Shown here piece after piece: positions 59,988 through 64,000 of a DNA stretch of 64,000 bases. The notes below the pieces were generated by a model. It searched no databases, was not told the DNA's origin, and worked only from the letters and a program-made list of their open reading frames with translations. The stretch is from Mobula hypostoma (lineage: Eukaryota), in contig NC_086109.1 of NCBI RefSeq assembly GCF_963921235.1, positions 21,392,001 to 21,456,000 of the forward strand, written 5' to 3'. The translations under genes and the position numbers were made by a program. Every line of letters begins with the position of its first letter. The stretch's first letter is position 1.

Positions 59988-61351
59988 ATAGAAACATAGA
60001 AAACCTACAGCACAATACAGGCCCTTCAGCCCACAAAGCTGTGCCGAACATGTCCTTACCTTAGAACTACCTAGGCTTACCTATAGCCCTCTATTTTTCT
60101 AAGCTCCATGCACCTATCCAGGAGTCTCTTAAGAGACCCTATCGTATCTGCCTCCACCACTGCCGCCGGCAGCCCATTCCATGCACTCACCACTCCCTGC
60201 GTAAAAAAACTTGCCCCTGACATCTCCTCTGTACCTACTTCCAAGCACCCTAAAACTATGCTCTCGCATGCTAGCCATTTCAGCCCTGGGAAAAAGCCTC
60301 TGACTATCCACAAGGTCAATGCCTCTCATTATCTTGAAAGCCTCTGTCAGGTCACCTCTCACCCTCCATCGCTCCAATGAGAAAAGGCTGAGTTCACTCA
60401 ACCTATTCTCATAAGGCGTGCTCCCCAATCCAGGCAACATCGTTGTAAATCTCCTCTGCACCCTTTCTATGGTTTCCACGTCCTTCCTGTAGTGAGGCGA
60501 CCAGAATTGAGCATAGTACTCCAGGACTGACCAGGGTCCTATATAGCTGCAATATTACCTCTCGGCTCTTAAACTCAATCCCATGATTGATGAAGGCCAA
60601 TGCATCGTATGCTTTCTTAACCACAGAGTCAACCTGCGTAGCAGCTTTGAGTGTCCTTTGGACTAGGACCTCAAGATTCCTCTGATCCTCCACACTGCCA
60701 AGAGACTTACCATTAACGCTATATTCTGCCATCATGTTTGACCTATCAAAATAAACCACCTCACGCTTGTCTGGGTTGAACCCCATCTGCCACTTCTCAG
60801 CCCAGTTTTGCATCCTATCAATGTCCCGCTGTAACCTCTGACAGCCTTCCACACTATCCACAACACCCCCAACCTTTGTGTCATCAGTAAATTTACTAAC
60901 CCATCCCTCCACTTCTTCATCCAGGTCATTTATAAAAATCACAAACGTAGGGGTCCCAGAACAGGCCCCTGAGGCACACCACTGGTCACCGGCCTCCATG
61001 CAGAATATGACCCATCTACAACCATTCTTTGCCTTCTGTGGGCAAGCCAGTTCTGGATCCACAAAGCAATTTCCTCTTGGATCCCATGCCTCCTTACTTT
61101 CTCAATAAGAATGCATGGGGTACCTTATCAAATGCCTTGCTGAAATCCATATACACTACATCTATAGCTCTACCTTCATCAATGTGTTTAGTCACATCCT
61201 CAAAAAATTAAATCAGGCTCATAAGGCATGACCTGCCCTTGACAAAGCCATGCTGACTATTCCTAATCATATTATGCCTCTCCAAATGTTCATAAATCCT
61301 GTCTCTCAGGTTCTTCTCCATCAACTTAACAACCATTGAAGTAAGACTCAC
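59988..61351 (-). mobile_element. Fairly young CR1 RT/3' fragment
   Basis: SQHGFVKGRSCL, FVIFINDLDEEVEGWVSKFTDDTKVGG, WAEKWQMGFNPDK, IERVQRRFTTMLPG; atagaaac tail. Confidence 0.95.
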
Positions 61352-61545
61352 AATATTGAAGATAATGAGCAGTTTGAAGATCAAAACAAAGGGCAATCAT
61401 GCAACCAGCAGTATCAATGGAAAATGTGGCAATTTTGATATTAAAATGAAAGCTATTGATCAGAATATTGATATAGAAACTTGGAAGAAAGTATTTGGAG
61501 CAGGCCATTTCTTTCATTCATCCTGTTCCACCAGGGGACCTGATC

Positions 61546-61960
61546 ATAGAATCAGAATCAGAATCAGAATCAGGTTCATTATCAGCGGCATGTGACATGA
61601 AATTTGTTAACTTAGCAGCAGCAGTTCAATGCAATACATAATCTAGCAGAGGAAGAAAAAACTATTATAATTAAACATAATAGTAAATAAACAAGTAAAT
61701 CAATTACGTATATTGAATAGATATTTTAAAATGTGCAAAAACAGAAATACTGTATAAAAAGTGAGGTAGTGTCCAAAGCTTCAATGTCCATTTAGGAATT
61801 GGATGGCAGAGGGGAAGATGCTATTCCTGAATCACTGAGTGTGTGCCTTCAGGCTTCTATATCCCCTACCTGAGAAAGGGGCATGCCCTGGGTGCTGGGA
61901 GTCCTTAATAATGGACGCTGCCTTTCTGAGACATAGCTTCCTAAAGATGTCCTGGGTACT
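61546..61960 (-). mobile_element. Rex1/Babar 3' fragment
   Basis: (agaatc)n tail; aaagggcatgccctgggtgctgggagtccttaataatggacgctgcc (antisense AASIIKDSQHPGHA). Confidence 0.85.
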
Positions 61961-61984
61961 CGGTGGATATCCACTTCACTCTTG

Positions 61985-62730
61985 CCTTCTCCCCATATTC
62001 TTTGGCATTAAAGATAGATCATCCTCCTTATTGAACATATTTAATGGCTTCCAAGGCCTTCTGTGCTATAGAATTCCATAGGTTCACTACCTGATTGAAG
62101 AAAAATTTTCCTGTGTCAGTTTTGAATGGCATGACCTGAGGTTGTGACCCCATGGTTCTGGAATCTCCAGCCAACAGGAACATTATCCCTATGTTGACAC
62201 TATCTAGACCTGTTATAACTTGAGGGGTTTCTATGAGATCCCAGGAAATATTTCTGCATTCTAGTGTATGCAGGTCTATCCAACCCGATCTCACTTTATA
62301 TGCCAGTCATACCATCCCATGAATCAGTCCAGTAAAACTTCCTTAAGTTCAAATTAAAATTTGTTATCAGAGTCATGCATGTCACCATATACAACCCTGA
62401 GATTATTTTTCCTGCGGGCATACTCAGCAAATCTATAGAGTAGTAACTGTAAACAGGATCAATGGAAGAGCAAGAGCATAGAAGACAACAAACAGTTCAA
62501 ATGCAAATATAAATAAATAACGAGGGCATGAAATAACAAGACTAAGAGTCCTTAAAGTGAGGTCATTGGTTGTGGCAACATCTCAGTAGATGAGTGTGGT
62601 TATCCTCTTTTATTCAGGAGCCTGAGGCTTGAGGGTAGTAATTGTTCTTGAACCTGGTGGTATGACTTCTGAGGCTCTTGTACCTTCTACCTGATGGTAG
62701 CCCTGAGAAAAGAGCATGGCCTGGATGGTT
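61985..62730 (-). mobile_element. Old CR1 fragment (to about 62340) followed by a Rex1 3' fragment
   Basis: KFFFNQVVNLWNS; HPGHALFSGLPSGRRYKSLRSHTTRFKNNYYP. Confidence 0.75.
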
Positions 62731-63727
62731 ACGCATTACACATATTACAAGATAAAAATTACCATACAAATCCCCAAATACAAATTCAAAAAGACCATCT
62801 GCAACTTCAGGGATACATCCCCTATCCAACTTCTCCTGTAATGAAGACCACTATACCACTTGCCTCCTTAATTCATCATCATCACAAGTGAAGCTATTAA
62901 TGTTCTTCACGTGTGAACATTTCCAAAACTATCATCATTCAAATAATAACCTGCCTTCTGCCTTTGTTGCTAGTTTGGGCAATTTTGAATTGGGGCGGCC
63001 TGCAGATAATGAACACTGAGCTGAACTGAAACGTGCCGTTTGATTTTGTGTTTTCTATTCTGTGGTTACTCTCTTTTTTTGTTTTTTTTTGTTGCCATTT
63101 GAGCATTTTAGTTTTTTTGTGCACATGAGGAGGTTCGTGCTTTTTTTCTTTGAGTGGGTTCCATGGTTTTTGTTTATGTGGCTGTCTGGCATAGACAAAT
63201 CTCAGCATTGTATACTGCACACATGCTTTGATCATAAATGTATTTTGGATCCTTTGAATTCTTTGTTCCATCTGCTGACTCTCGATAATGGTAGAAAAAT
63301 ACAGTTTAGCAAGGTGCAATTAGCAAAGAAAGCACTGAATCCATAAATGTACCTGGAAGACACTGCAAAAACCTAGGTTAGATGTGATATGTAGTTTGAA
63401 GCTATTAATTATAATAACTGAATACAGAAACAAACCAACACCATGAGGAAAAGATTGCTTCAAAATATCAGGATTTGTTTAGAAAATGTTTTTAGTGTGA
63501 TTACTTTGCCACTGCATTGAGACAAACAATATGTAGTGAAGTTCTAAAGATAAGTATCCTGACATTAAGGGCATCAAGCCTACAAATGCATTAAGCTGAT
63601 CTTCAAGAGATTTGTCTGCAAATCTGAAAAGGAACCCGGGCAGAAATAACTGAAGGCACATAATTTCAGTAAGAATAATCTTGGTAGTGAGTGTCTTCTG
63701 GTACATCCCTTTACCTCTCAATTGCTA

Positions 63728-64000
63728 ACCACAAGAGATTCCGCAGGTACTGGAAATCCAGAGCAACACACACAAAATGCTCGAGGAACTCAGCAGGTCA
63801 GGCAGCATCTATGGAAGTGAACAGGTGATGCTTCAGGCCGAAACCCTCCTTCAGGATTGGGAAGGAAGGGGGAAGATGCCAGAATAAAAAGAAGGGTGGA
63901 GGGAAGGAGGACGAGCTAGAAGATCATAGATAATGCCAGGTGAGAAGGAGAGGTAAAGGGCTGGAGAAGCAGAAATCTGGTAGGAGAGGAGAGTGGACCA
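63728..64000 (-). mobile_element. Penelope-like terminal repeat running off the window
   Basis: cacaagagattccgcagg..gcaacacacacaaaatgc..caggtcaggcagcatctatgg; decayed hammerhead at about 63822-63859. Confidence 0.85.

Overview
Gene-poor, transposon-dense vertebrate DNA. The repeat set (V-SINEs, Deu-domain SINEs, CR1, Rex1/Babar, RTE, Tx1, Tc1, Penelope-like elements) suggests a cartilaginous fish, probably a ray; this is an inference from repeat content only. I recognise no host protein-coding gene: nearly all listed ORFs are retroelement debris or repeat translations, and only a few orphan exon candidates remain. The main coding feature is a young, 5'-truncated Neptune-type Penelope element (RT plus GIY-YIG, 53877-56871) nested in a Rex1/Babar LINE with an 11-bp TSD. 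Its terminal repeat carries an intact minimal hammerhead ribozyme, and about 15 decayed copies of that motif are scattered through the window, some in tiny fold-back insertions. Other highlights: a CpG-rich R2-type RT fragment outside rDNA, joined to a locally templated inverted patch inside a CR1; an R4/Dong-type 3' end in a (TAA)n target; two RTE 5' ends sharing an HDV-like nested pairing, one of which seeded an 18-bp minisatellite; and a 22-unit G-rich minisatellite. Family names come from motif recognition, not database searches, and boundaries of old elements are approximate.
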